Shown: piece by piece, positions 25,867-39,559 of the stretch
Position numbering within the stretch: the first letter of the stretch is position 1
Layout: every line of letters starts with the position of its first letter
NCBI GenBank assembly: GCA_951406725.2
Contig: OX597825.1
Coordinates: 76,942,001 to 77,006,000, forward strand
DNA length: 64,000 bases
Direction: 5' to 3'
Origin: Octopus vulgaris
Taxonomy: Eukaryota
Translations under genes and position numbers: made by a program
Notes under the pieces: generated by a model
What the model saw: only the letters and a program-made list of their open reading frames with translations
What the model was told of the DNA's origin: nothing
Databases searched by the model: none

Positions 25867-26080
25867 AATAATGATAATGAAATTGTGGTGTAAAGTGCTC
25901 AGGTGCACTACAATTCACCAAAGGTGCATGTACAGTGCATAGAATTATGTACAAAATTCAGGCAAGTGATCAGTGTAAGAGTCATGGTATACAGGTGTGC
26001 ATGTATATGGAGGGGGTGAAACATCAGGTGTAGAGTTGACGAATTGCAGAAAGCATGGAGGTTTTAAAGGATACCCTTAA

Positions 26081-26303
26081 CCCTTTCATTACTGTATTTC
26101 TGTTGAGATGTTCTGTGTTTCTTTCAATTACTTTAAATATAACAAAGAATTCAGTAAAATAACTTAGTTATCATTCAGCTGGTGTTAGGAACATAAATTG
26201 TGACTAAGGTTTGGTGGAAGATTTTAATTCAAAACTTATGGAAACAAGACATTTGTTGTACTCAGAGCCAGAGGCAGTTTCAGCCAGGTTGGTATCAAAA
26301 GGG
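26081..26303. mobile_element. piggyBac-type MITE, copy 1
   Basis: TTAA|CCCTTTCATTAC ... GGTATCAAAAGGG|TTTAA. Confidence 0.8.
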
Positions 26304-26327
26304 TTTAAAATATCACGGTGACTTTAA

Positions 26328-26549
26328 CCCTTTTGGTACCATATTTCTGTTGAGATGCTCTGTGTTTCGTTCAATTTATTTTAAATATAACAAAGAATTC
26401 AGTAAAATAACTTAGTTATCATTCAGCTAGTGTTAGGAACATAAATTGTGACTAAGGTTTGGTGGAAGATTTTAATTCAAAACTTATGGAAACAAGACAT
26501 TTGTACTACAGAGCCAGAGCCGGTTTCAGCCGGGTTGGTAACAAAAGGG
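26328..26549. mobile_element. piggyBac-type MITE, copy 2
   Basis: TTAA|CCCTTTTGGTACC ... GGTAACAAAAGGG|TTAA; near-identical to copy 1. Confidence 0.85.
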
Positions 26550-27104
26550 TTAATACCCTACTTTACCCAACCCTTGGCCAGCATATAAATCCCCTTGTGA
26601 GAACTACTTCTTCACAACCCCATTCATTAGCCTAACTTTCGCTGGTGCTCATTAGTCCAGGTAGCAGCAAGGCTCATTAAGCCTGGTTGTGTGAGAATCA
26701 GGTAAAATGTAAACATACTCTGACAGAAAGGTCACTAGCCTCAATAACAATACTGGATCAATACATGTTCACTCTAAGATAATATCTATTTTAGATATAT
26801 TCTGCATCGTTGCTTTAACAATGCAGTTTTAATCTGTGTCATGAATACGACAAGGTGGCTTAGTATGCCTTGCCAACTCCTTTTCATTTCATTGTATTCT
26901 CGTTATTAGTTTACAGATTACATATTTATTAATTAATATTTTTGTATCAGTTTGTTGCATTTTGTTGTATTTTGTAAAAGTACTGCATGTATAAATTAAC
27001 TATATATCAATCTATGAGCCAGTGTAGAATCTTCCATATGACCTATTGACCCGTCAGAAATAGTAGCCAAAACTCACTCAAATCATGCACCCTTTCTTTG
27101 AAAA

Positions 27105-27501
27105 TCTTTATATATAAAAGTGAAGTTGTGTGTCTGTCTCCTACGATTTAGATTCCTAACTACTCCCACATTTTGCGGTGCAGTTTAACCAAAACCGGGT
27201 ATCTTATAGTCGTGATTCATATCGAGCCCTTCTGGGTATTAGCGTGCGTCTACGACGAGTCTACGATTTTTAAAATAATTTACCATCATTTTTTTCCATT
27301 TTAATGCATTTTTTTCGCTATTATATAAGGGAAGTAACTCTCTAAAAATGTCTACGATGAGTCAACAATTTAAAAAAAATTTACCATAATTTTTTTTCCA
27401 TTTTTAATGCACTTTTTTGCTATTTTTTGGCTATAACTCTCTAAAAATGCTTTATAGTTATTTCCCTTACAAACCCGAGCAACGCCGGGCGATACTGCTA
27501 G
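27105..27501 (+). mobile_element. Non-autonomous Helitron
   Basis: A|TC 5' end, 3' hairpin CCCG-agcaacgc-CGGG followed by CTAG|T, no TSD. A second 3' end lies at 50186-50219 on the minus strand. Confidence 0.85.
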
Positions 27502-27800
27502 TAGTTAATAAATAAGTAAATAAAATTGATGTAGACTTTCAGGAATATTATCATTCCTTGATTTTGAATAAAACAATAGAGTTGCAACAGGAATACCTTT
27601 GACTGGAGATCAGTTTGCAATGAGAAACCATTAGCTTGATGCTCAGAGAAAGAGAAAGGCACATAATTAATCAGATGTAGGAGAGTGTATTGTTTGCATG
27701 ATGTGATTGTAGTAATAGAACTATTCAACCATTCATCAATACAAAAATGATTTTGAAACAGCTGTTGGGAATCTTTGAAATACACTAGTGTTCTTCTTCT

Positions 27801-27929
27801 TTATATATATATATATATAAATATATATATATATATGTATGTATATGTGTATGTATGTATATATATATATGTATATATTTATGTATATATTTATATATAT
27901 ATATGTATATATATATGTATATATTTATA

Positions 27930-27960
<31 letters not shown>

Positions 27961-27969
27961 GTATATATT

Positions 27970-28014
<45 letters not shown>

Positions 28015-28495
28015 TATGTATATATATATATGTATATATTTATATATATATATATGTTTATATATATGTATATATGTTATATATATATATATGTATTATA
28101 TATATATATATATTTATATATATTTATATATATGTATATATTTATATATATGTATATATTTATATATATGTATATATTTATATATATGTATATATTTATA
28201 TATATGTATATATTTATATATATTTATATATATGTATATATTTATATATATTTATATATATGTATATATTTATATATATGTATATATTTATATATATTTA
28301 TATATATGTATATATTTATATATATTTATATATATGTATATATTTATATATATTTATATATATGTATATATTTATATATATGTATATATTTATATATATA
28401 TATGTATATATTTATATATATTTATATATATGTATATATTTATATATATATATATATATATATATGTATTTATGTATGTATGTAAGTATGTATGT
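27801..28495. repeat. Long (TA)-derived satellite (TATATTTA/TATATG units)
   Basis: Directly visible. Confidence 0.95.
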
Positions 28496-28973
28496 GAGAG
28501 CAATTACAATAAACATAAGTTTATATCATTTGTTCCCTATGAACGTTTCACCGTTTCGTTTTGGTTGTCTGGAACCTCTGCACTGGATGTCCCCAACACA
28601 GTTGGATGCTTTACCACAACAGATCATCAGGCGAATACTCTATCGGATCATGTTACAAAGATCATATGTCTGAGGTAGAACAGATGGTGATACTTTTATT
28701 AAACGTGTTGAGAGGGAAGTAGATTGAAAGCTAATAAAAGAAAGACAGGATTGTAATTAAGAAACGAAAAGACTAAAAGATATAAAATTGTGTATAACAT
28801 AAATTCTCCTACCTTTACTCTTTATAGTATAGGCAGTGGAAGCACTAAATACAGAAGGGATAAAAAGGATTGTACTGGAAGTGGCCTGGATTATCATAAT
28901 CTATGTCGAGCTCTAAACACATCAGTAGTGGTCATATATCTATATGGACACACAAAAAATTACTATACTTATA

Positions 28974-29004
<31 letters not shown>

Positions 29005-29247
29005 GTTAATCCAAACAAGAAAGCACAAAAAAAAAACACAACAACGCGAGGACGTGGAACAAATATAGTATTATTGGACGCTCAGGAAAGAAGGAATGAA
29101 GGAGGGTTTAACATTTCAAGCGGAGCTCTTCGTCGGAAACATAGGAGAAGGAAAGATCCAGAGAAGGGAAGACAGAGGAAAAAAAATCGCCAACAGTTCA
29201 CACAAGATCACATTTTGAAAGACCGGAAGGAAATGGGTGAAGAAAGC

Positions 29248-29294
<47 letters not shown>

Positions 29295-29718
29295 TTATAT
29301 TAATCAAAGTATTCAGTATTACATATCCATCACGGTTGATCTTACCGATTAGTTTCACACCAGGGGTTGAATGTAATGGATATATTATAACAGTATACTT
29401 CGATTGATATACTCACTCTACTGAGAAATATATAAGTGCAATTGTTACTGACTTATAGATTTTTAGATGACAACAAATGTTTATAGATACATATATGTAT
29501 ACATATATGTATATATCAAAATGTGACCTCGTGTGTACCGTTGGCGATTTCTTTTCCTCTGTCTTCCCTTCTCTGGATCTTTCCCTCTCCTATGTTTCCG
29601 ACGAAGAGCTCCGCTCAAAACGTTAAACCCTCCTTCTTTCCTGAGCGTCCAATAATACTATATTTGTTCCATGTCCTCGCGTTGTTGTGTTTTTTTGTGC
29701 TTTTTTGTTTGGATTAAC
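29005..29718. mobile_element. Family H2 inverted-repeat element with hammerhead-like motifs
   Basis: Arms 29005-29218 and 29516-29718 are reverse complements, with (TA)n outside both. Motif GTTT-CCGACGA-A-GAGC(tcc)GCTC-[G/A]AAA-CG-TT-AAAC at 29594-29628 (+) and 29106-29140 (-). Confidence 0.8.
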
Positions 29719-29805
29719 TATATATATATATGTGTGTGTGTGTGTGTCTCCCCACATGCTTACAAGTATTGTGATAAGGCAATGAGATAGCCAGTGCACA
29801 TACAT

Positions 29806-29867
<62 letters not shown>

Positions 29868-30365
29868 TTACATGCATGCCCAGCAGGTGTTAACATAAAG
29901 CTGAAGATCAGTGAAAAAGAGAACACCTATGCTGAACTATTGAGAAATCTGCAGTTATTCTATCCAGACTACAAGTTCAGGTTTATATTTTGTAATTATT
30001 GGGGCCCTGGGATATGTAACACACTGCATAAGTACCAATCTTGAGAAATTAGGCTTCTCATATGCAGAAAAGAGAAAGCTAATCTGAAATGTACAGATCC
30101 AATCCATCACTGGAACTGTAAAAATCTGTAAAACTTTCCAGAAGTTTATCATTTAAATATATATGAGCATGTCTGGATCTGCAAGTATATGCATTGAGAA
30201 TGCATACATAAAAACATACAAATCTGCACATGCATGTATGCATACATACATATCCTGTTGTTGATGTCGAAATTACAATGAAGGAGCCTTGGATCTAGGT
30301 TAGAAACTGGTTCTTTCTATATTGGCAAGAAATCTTGAAATAAACTGAATAATTACATACATATA

Positions 30366-30767
30366 GGCGCAGGAGTGGCTGTGTGGTAAGTAGCTTACTT
30401 ACCAACCACATGGCTCCGGGTTCAGTCCCACTGCGTGGCACCTTGGGCTAGTGTTTTCTACTATAGCCTCGGGCTGACCAAAGCTTTGTGAGTGGATTTG
30501 GTAGACGGAAACTGAAAGAAGCCCGTCGTATATATGTATATATATATATATATATGTGTATGTGTTTGTGTGTCTGTGTTTGTCCCCCCAACATCGCTTG
30601 ACAACCAATGCTGGTGTATTTACGTTCCCGTAACTTAGCAGTTCGGCAAAAGAGACCAATAGAATAAGTACTAGGCTTACAAAGAATAAGTCCCGGGGTC
30701 GAGTTGCTCGACCAAAGGCCGTACTACAGCATGGCCGCAGTCACATGACTGAAACAAGTAAAGAGAG
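30366..30767 (+). mobile_element. Family A SINE, full length
   Basis: Same structure as the 8834 copy. Confidence 0.9.
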
Positions 30768-30797
30768 CATATATACGTACATTCATACATACATACA

Positions 30798-31171
30798 CTT
30801 AAAGCATGAGGAACCCATGCTCCATACTTCTGAACCTTTCCCATTGAGTGAAGATGCTTCTCTACAGCAGTGTGGGAGCATTCCATTTTCTCTGCCAGTT
30901 CCTTTGTCGTTTGATGAGAATTTTCATGCAAAAGTTGGTTTAATCGCTGTTCATCAAACTCAACTGGATGGCCAGAACGAGGTGCATCTTTGAGATCAAA
31001 ATTTCCACTTTTGAACTTGGTATACCAATCACGAGCGGTTTTTTCAGCTATGACACCTTCACCATACACAACACAAATGTCGCGATCAGCTTTTGCGGCC
31101 TTAGAACCTTGATTAAAAGCAAAATGAAGGAGGTGTCGAAAATGCTCGTTTTCCTAAATTTGACATTCCAT
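30798..31171 (-). pseudogene. mariner transposase N-terminal (HTH) fragment
   Basis: MECQI*ENEHFRHLLHFAFNQG..ICVVYGEGVIAEKTARDWYTKFKSGNFDLKDAPRSGHP..GAWVPHALS. Contains the WVPHxL motif, an in-frame stop and a 3' truncation. Confidence 0.9.
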
Positions 31172-31351
31172 TTTAATGATCTGAAAATAAACAAAAATTA
31201 ACTAAAATTATTACGGAGATGTACTTGCCTAGCAAGTGACCTGATCTGAGATCGTGTGCTGAAACGAAAACAATTGCAGCATGGAAGGTGTTTGTAAGCC
31301 ATTCAAGAAACACACAAAAGCCGTTCGATTCACTTCAACATTTAAGTTTAA

Positions 31352-31402
31352 TTTGTCAAAATATTTTTGTCGCTTTAAGACCGCGACCTGTTCACTGACA
31401 AA
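31352..31402 (-). ncRNA. Hammerhead-like motif with G3-C8 core variant (G12 lost in this copy)
   Basis: Minus strand TTTGTCA-GTGAACA-G-GTCGC(ggtcttaaa)GCGAC-AAAA-ATAT-TT-TGACAAA. Confidence 0.55.
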
Positions 31403-31659
31403 AATCCGTGCTGTAGAAAAACAAAATTGATCCCAAAATGATTCAAAAATAGAATTCTCAAAAAAAGTAGATTCCCTAAATTAAAAAGGCAATAAATTCC
31501 AAAATTTCAAAAAACGGTGGAAACTTAGTTGCCAACCCAATACACACACACACACACACACATGATGAGCTTCTGCTTGCTTCCATCTACCAATTCCACT
31601 CACAAGGCTATGACCAGCCTGGCAATATAACAGATGATTTTTACTAAAAGTACTGCACA

Positions 31660-32050
31660 GGCGCAGGAGTGACTGTGTGGTAAGTAGCTTGTTTACCAAC
31701 CACATGGTTCCGAGTTCAGTCCCACTGCGTGGCACCTTGGGCAAGTGTCTTCTACTATAGCCTCGGGCTGACCAAAGCCTAGTGAGTGGATTTGGTAGAC
31801 GGAAACTGAAAGGAGCCCGTCGTATATATGTATATATATGTATCTGTGTTTGTCCCCCCCCCCCAACATCGCTTGACAACCGATGTTGGTGTGTTTATGT
31901 CCCCGTCACATAGCGGTTCGGCAAAAGAGACCGATAGAATAAGTACTTGGCTTACAAAAGAATAAGTCCCGGGGTCGAGTTGCTCGATTAAAGGCGGTGC
32001 TCCAGCATGGCCGCAGTCAAATGACTAAAACAAGTAAAAGAGCAAAAGAG
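31660..32050 (+). mobile_element. Family A SINE, full length
   Basis: Same structure as the 8834 copy. Confidence 0.9.
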
Positions 32051-32379
32051 TGGGGCCCGTACAACAAAACCACATGGTTCGGAATGAAGCTCCTCCCCTC
32101 CACAACCACGTCTGCCCCTCCCCCCTGCCTTGTCCTGTGTTGAACGAAACAAATCCCAAACAGTTGGCGTCTAATCTACAAATATTCTTGTAGTCATTCA
32201 CATAATTCATAAACTGTGATGTTATTTGAACTCTGAGTAACTCTAGCACCAAAGAACAAGATAAATCATAAATTGTGGTGGTATTTCGTGAGGGAGTACA
32301 CCTGCTGTGAACTAGATAGATCGTAAACCAAATATTCTGGATTGATGCCAACATTATCAACAGTATAGTACATAGGCTT

Positions 32380-32607
32380 CATTATCATTATCAACACCAC
32401 CACCACCACCACCATCATCATCATCATAGCCACCATCACTACCATCACCATCACAACCATCATCATCATCACCATCACAACCATCATCATCATCATCATC
32501 ACCATCACAACAATCATCATCATCACAGCCACCACCATGTCATCGTAGTCATCATCATCGTCATCATCATCATTATCAACACCATCATCATCATCATCAT
32601 AGCCACC

Positions 32608-32639
<32 letters not shown>

Positions 32640-32975
32640 CACCATCACTACCATCATCATCATCACCATCAAACCATCATCATCATCATCACCACCATCA
32701 TCATCATCACCATCACTACCATCATCATCATCATCACTACCATCATCACCACCATCACAACCATCATCATCATCACCATCATCATCATCACCACCACTAC
32801 CATCATCATCACCATCACAACCATTATCATCATCACCATCATTATCATCACCATCACAACCATCATCATCACCATCACAGCCACCACCATGTCATCGTAG
32901 TCATCATCATCATCACAACTATAACAACCACAACTGATGCCCCCCTCCCTCTCACCACCACCACCACCATCATTA
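32380..32975. repeat. (CAT/CAC)n degenerate trinucleotide tract
   Basis: Directly visible; includes an internal duplication of GCCACCACCATGTCATCGTAGTC. Confidence 0.9.
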
Positions 32976-33266
32976 TCCCTTGACATCATCGACACTATCT
33001 TTAGCCATCATCAACAGCTCTGCTGTCATCATTAATATCCTCATTCTCATTATCGCCTTCAAGCTCTGCTTCCACCCATTTCTTCTTCTTCTTCCTCCCT
33101 TCCTTCCTTCTCCTCTTACCATCATTTTTTCAGTGTTAACATCATCACCATCATTGTTACAACCCTTGCCATCATCATCATCATCACCACTAATAACAAT
33201 GCTTTAATATGCCACTTCGTATCAAAAATATTGTCTGTAGATGCATACTGATATATATATATATAA

Positions 33267-33431
33267 GGCACTGGAGTGGCTGTGTGGTAAGTAGCTTGTT
33301 TACCAACCACATGGTTCTGGGTTCAGTCCCACTGCATGGCATCTTGGGCAAGTGTCTTCTGCTATAGCTCGGGCCGACCAAAAGCCTTGTGAGTGTATTT
33401 GGTAGACGGAAACTGAAAGAAGCTTGTCGTA

Positions 33432-33486
<55 letters not shown>

Positions 33487-33696
33487 GTTTGTGTGTCTGT
33501 GTTTGTTCCCCTAGCATTGCTTGACAACCGATGCTGGTGTGTTTATGTCCCCGTTACTTAGCAGTTCGGCGAAAGAGACCGATAGAATAAGTACTGGGCT
33601 TACAAAGAATAAGTCCCAGGGTCGATTTGCTTGACTAAAGGCGGTGCTCCAGCATGGCCGCAGTCAAATGACTGAAACAAGTAAAAGAGTAAAAGA
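33267..33696 (+). mobile_element. Family A SINE, full length
   Basis: Same structure as the 8834 copy. Confidence 0.9.
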
Positions 33697-34155
33697 TATA
33701 TATATATATATATACACACACATGTATGCATGTATATACAAGCACCTCATGGTGCCAGTTTCTGTTTGTTTTGGTTAGTTTTGTCATTGTTGTTTACAGA
33801 AAAGGATGCAACAATGGAAAGAGTTAAAATATATTTGCTCCACATCTGGCCCTCACTTCTGAACAACAAACTAAGTATGGCAACTTGCAAAATAAACACA
33901 ATGATGTCTATTGGCAGACTGCCCCATGATGGTCACTGCCGGTTCTCACTGCACACACAGCTATGTGCTGCCACCTGTTGGTGAGCTACATAACTAGTCC
34001 AGGAACTTTTTGATACCACTTCATACATGAATAATCCTCTTGGTGGATGGAAATATTGTTTTGCATGAACCTAGTCTTGCTGAACTCATCTAGGTCAACA
34101 GTAGTCAACAATAAGTGCTGGCTCTGACTGTCTGACCCATACTGCCATGGAAATT

Positions 34156-34425
34156 CATCATCATCATCATCATCGTTCAGCGTCCGCTTTCCATGCTAGC
34201 ATGGGTTGGACGTTTCAAGTGGGGTCTGGGAAGCCAGTAGGCTGCACTAGGCTCCAGTCTGATCTGGCAATGTTTCTACGGCTGGATGCCCTTCCTAACG
34301 CCAACCACTCCGAGAGTGTAGTGGGTGCTTTTTACGTGCCACCAGCACAGGTGCCAAACGAGGCTGGCAAACGGCCACGATCGGATTGGTGCTTTTTACG
34401 TGCCACCGGCACAGGGGCCAGGCGA
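34156..34425 (-). mobile_element. Family C RTE-related SINE
   Basis: (CAT)n tail and conserved body. Confidence 0.85.
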
Positions 34426-34816
34426 GTTGATGAGGATAACCTTTTGTCTTTTGCTTGTTTAAGTCATTACACTGTGACCATGCTGGAGCAGTGAATTGAA
34501 AGATTTTTAGTTGAATGAATTGATCCCAGTAATTACTTGTTTTATTTTAAGCCAGCCTGATACTTATCCAATCGGTCACCTTTGCTGAACTACTAAGTTA
34601 TGGGGACAAAAACACACCAATGCCGGTTGTCAAGTGGTGGTGGGGACTGAACCTGCAACCCTGTGGTTTGGAAGAAAACTTCTTGCTACTCATCCACATC
34701 TGCTTAATGAAAGAATAACCAGGAAATTTTTGAACCAATATATTTTGTGTATGTCTGTTATGCACATAAATCTGCAGGAATCATGTTTGCCTGTGGATAT
34801 ATATGTATACATATAA

Positions 34817-35047
34817 GGCGGCGAGCTGGCAGAAACGTTAGCACGCCGGGCGAAATGCGTAGCTGTATTTCGTCTGCCGTTACGTTCTGAGTTCAAATTC
34901 CGCCGAGGTCGACTTTGCCTTTCATCCTTTCGGGGTCGATAAATCAAGTACCAGTTACGCAGTAGGGTCGATGTAATCGACTTAATCCGTTTGTCTGTCC
35001 TTGTTTGTCCCCTCTGTGTTTAGCCCCTTGTGGGTAGTAAAGAAATA
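34817..35047 (+). mobile_element. Family B tRNA-derived SINE, full length
   Basis: GGCGGCGAGCTGGCAGAA..GAGTTCAAATTCC (B box)..GCCTTTCATCCTTTCGGGGTCGATAAA..AGTACCAG central domain. Copies at 43546, 48838, 60407 (-), 25001 and 51465. Confidence 0.85.
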
Positions 35048-35085
35048 TATATGTATACATATATATTCATATACATACATACATG

Positions 35086-35121
<36 letters not shown>

Positions 35122-35122
<1 letters not shown>

Positions 35123-35514
35123 AACTCTTTTACTTGTTTCGGTCATTTGACTGTGGCCATGCTGGAGCATCGCCTTTAGTCGAGCAAATCGACCCCAGGA
35201 CTTATTCTTTGTAAGCCTAGTACTTATTCTATCGGTCTCTTTTGCCGAACCGCTAAGTTACGGTTGTCAAGCGATATTGGGGGGACAAACACATAAACAC
35301 ACACACACAGACACACACACACACATATATATATATATACATATACATATATACGACAGGCTTCTTTCAGTTTCCGTCTACCAAATCCACTCACAAGGCT
35401 TGGGTCAGCCTGAGGCTATAATATAAGACACTTGCCCAAGGTGCCACGCAGTGGGAATGAACCCGGAACCATGTGGTTGGTAAGAAAGCTACTTACCACA
35501 CAGCCAATCCTGCG

Positions 35515-35516
<2 letters not shown>
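35122..35516 (-). mobile_element. Family A SINE
   Basis: Reverse complement of the 8834 copy. Confidence 0.85.
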
Positions 35517-35599
<83 letters not shown>

Positions 35600-36181
35600 G
35601 ATGCATGTACGCATGTGCAGAATGCGAGTAAGTGGATGTGAAGGTATTTTCTCTTATACAATTCATAAATGCAAGTTTATTCTTTACACTTGAAAAAATC
35701 CTATATATTCCTGCACCAGCACCACAGCGTCCACCACCACCTCCATCACCACCACTACTGCTACCACTGAGAGTGACTAAATGGCTGTTGAACTTGCTAG
35801 AAATAGCAGGCAGCTTTCTCTGAAATCACACTCAGCCACTTTCAAACGTGATTCTTGCTTTGCTGCACATAGGAGAAAAAGAAGTGTTGATCATGGTTGG
35901 AAAGTCTTTCATCCTAAGTGTGCTTGAGTAAGATTAACTTACGTTTTAACAATAACAACATCAACAACAAAAACAGCAACATTGATAGCCACTCTCTGCA
36001 GTTACTAGATTTGCTAAGAAATAGCAGCCAAATCTACCTCGACTCACACTACCGTCTTAAAAAGGAACGATACATTGGATGATGTATTCCTGTATATCTG
36101 TTAGTTGTTTCAGTCATTGGACTGTGGCCATGCTGGGGCACCACATCAAAGGGGTTAGCAAAACAGATCAATCACAGTATT

Positions 36182-36578
36182 TACTCTTTTACTCTTTTAC
36201 ATGTTTCAGTCATTTGACTGCGGCCATGCGGGAGCACCGCCTTTAGTCAAGCAAATCGACCCCGGGACTTATTCATTGTAAGCCCAGTACTTATTCTATC
36301 GGTCTCTTTTGTCGAACCGCTAGGTGACGGGGATGTAAACACACCAGCATCGGTTGTCAAGCAATGCTAGGGGTACAAACACAGACACAGAAGCACATAC
36401 ACATATATACATATATACGACAGGCTTCTTTCAGTTTCCGTCTACCAAATCCACTCAAGGCATTGGTCGGCCCGGGGCTATAGCAGAAGACATTTGCCCA
36501 AGATGCCACGCAGTGGGACTGAACCCGGAACCATGTGGTTGGTAAGCAAGCTACTTACCACACAGCCACTCCTGTGCC
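36182..36578 (-). mobile_element. Family A SINE nested in an older family A-like copy
   Basis: The older copy's halves lie at 36105-36181 and 36580-36912. Confidence 0.8.
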
Positions 36579-37250
36579 TATTTGTTTTTTTTTCTTTTAT
36601 AAATCCGATACTTATTTTATTGGTCTCTTTTGCCACACTGCTGAGTTACAGGGGATGCAAATACACCAAGACCAGTTGTCCAGTAGTGGGGTGGAGACAA
36701 ACTCAATGACAGGCACACACACACATACACATACACAAATACACATGCACATACATACAATGGGCTTTCACAGTGTTTCCGTTTACCAAATTCACTCATA
36801 ATGCATTGGCAATCCTGAGACTATTAATAGAAGATACTTGCCCAAGTTTCCTTGCAGTGGGACTGATCCTGAAACCAGATATCTGCAAAGAAAGTGTCTC
36901 AATCATACAGCCATATATATATGTGTATCTATATATATGTGTATATATGTAGACACATGCACACACACATACGTTTTTCAACCTTCCACTTTTTATATAT
37001 ACTTCCTTCTCACCTTTTTTCATTCTTTCCTTTGTCCCAGTTTTAGTACATTACACCATGTGGGCAGTGCCTGATGATTGTGCTCAGACACCAGACATGT
37101 TAAAAACATTGTTTGGTATGTCCTCAGCACATGAAACTAATAGTAGCACATAAATACATTATTTTTTGTTTATTAAATATTATCTATCTCTCACCAGATG
37201 GAGTTCTTTTTGTCTTGATCTTACCATCACGGAACAGTACACTATATATA

Positions 37251-37309
<59 letters not shown>

Positions 37310-37524
37310 ATTGACTAGATTGTCATGGGTGGAACCTTTGATTACCAGTTGTCTATTCAATCAGGGCTTACTTTAGGTTAAACATCAACAGCAACAACAT
37401 CAACAATCACCATTACATTCATGGTCACTTCTAATTCACAATTAGCTCGTCAATGCTATTTTCACCACCACCACCACCACTACTACAAACACTACCAGTG
37501 CCACTACATTACAACCACCACAGT

Positions 37525-38528
37525 CACCACCACTGTTGCTTTCACAACCTCTACTACCACCAACACTACAACCACTGTTAACACTAGTAATACTATCACA
37601 ACCACCACCAACACCACTACAACCACTACATTCACAACCACTGTTGCTTTCACAACCTCTACTACCACCAACACTACCACCACTGTTAACACTAGTAATA
37701 CTATCACAACCACCACCAACACCACTACAACCACTACATTCACAACCACTGTTGCTTTCACAACCTCTACTACTACCAACACTACCACCACTGTTAACAC
37801 TAGTAATACTATCACAACCACCACCAACACCACTACAACCACTACATTCACAACCACTGTTGCTTTCACAACCTCTACTACCACCAACACTACCACCACT
37901 GTTAACACTAGTAATACTATCACAACCACCACCAACACCACTACAACCACTACATTCACAACCACTGTTGCTTTCACAACCTCTACTACCACCAACACTA
38001 CCACCACTGTTAACACTAGTAATACTATCACAACCACCACCAACACCACTACAACCACTACATTCACAACCACTGTTGCTTTCACAACCTCTACTACCAC
38101 CAACACTACCACCACTGTTAACACTAGTAATACTATCACAACCACCACCAACACCACTACAACCACTACATTCACAACCACTGTTGCTTTCACAACCTCT
38201 ACTACTACCAACACTACCACCACTGTTAACACTAGTAATACTATCACAACCACCACCAACACCACTACAACCACTACCACTACATTACAACCACCACAGT
38301 CACAACCACTGTTGCTTTCACAACCTCTACTACCACCACTGTTAACACTAGTAATACTATCACAACCACCACCACCACCAACACCACTACAACCACTACC
38401 ACTACATTACAACCACCACAGTCACCACCACTGTTGCTTTCACAACCTCTACTACCACCAACACTACCACCACTGTTAACACTAGTAATACTATCACAAC
38501 CACCACCAACACCACTACAACCACTACC
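37525..38528. repeat. 108-bp minisatellite (7 regular and 2 irregular units), ACC/ACT-rich
   Basis: Marker ACTGTTGCTTTCACAACCTCTACT near 37532, 37640, 37748, 37856, 37964, 38072, 38180, 38308 and 38430. Confidence 0.95.
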
Positions 38529-39522
38529 ACCAACATCAACAATATCAGCACTAATACTTCACTTCTCACCATCATTATCACCACCACCACAACCTCCGCC
38601 ACCATCACCACAATTACAATCATCACTGACATTATTATTATCATTATTATTATTATTATTGTTGTTGTTGTTATACTCAGGTGAGTGAGTGAAGCAGGTA
38701 TTCAAGTGTTCAGGTATTCAGGTAGTCTTTAATCAGGGAATGTTGAAGAGAATGGAATACATCAACACAGTTCTTCAAATTTGGTATTCAGCCAGTTTCC
38801 AAAATATTTCTCCTCTTCTCTTGATTAGGAACACACACACACACACTCAAACAGAGAAAACAAACACACACACAGAGGCATAATCAGGCACACATACACA
38901 GGGGCATAATCATACTCACATACACTCAAATACAAGCACACACACATACACACACACACGCCTGGTTATACACACACATTCTGAAATATACCTAAACATA
39001 CACATAAACATGCACACACACACACACACACACATTTATACACACACGTTCTGAAATATACATAAACATACACATAAACACACACTCGCATACACACACA
39101 CTCACATATACACGTATTTTAATCCAAACATAATCAAATACACGTATAGATAAGGTCGTATGCACATACAAACACACACATGCACTGAGTCCCAAACACA
39201 TTCTCAGACGCACACAATCACACACACACATAACCAAAGACACATATACCTACACACATTCACACACATCTTCAGCTAAACACAAACATATAGAAAAAAA
39301 CCTAGATATAAACACATATATACTTACACACAGTTATGTTTATTCACTCTGATACACACACACACACTTATCTACAATGCACACACACACATACAAACAC
39401 ACATACATACATATACACATTCAGTTGCACAAACACACACACACACACTTATATTCAGATAAACACACATGCACTCTCACAAACACACATACAAGCATAC
39501 GCGAAAACACATACCCTTATAA

Positions 39523-39553
<31 letters not shown>

Positions 39554-39559
39554 GTATAT

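Larger units (their letters stand above)
30798..31542 (-). mobile_element. mariner element, 5' half with TIR
   Basis: Terminal TA-TTGGGTTGGCAACTAAGTTTCCACCGTTTT (31542-31511, minus) is mariner-like. A ~200-bp insertion lies at 31213-31414. Confidence 0.8.

Noticed and set aside
28535-28640. Minus-strand CTGATGA...GAAACGTT
   Set aside because: Stem I is not complementary and stem II is weak; at best a decayed remnant.
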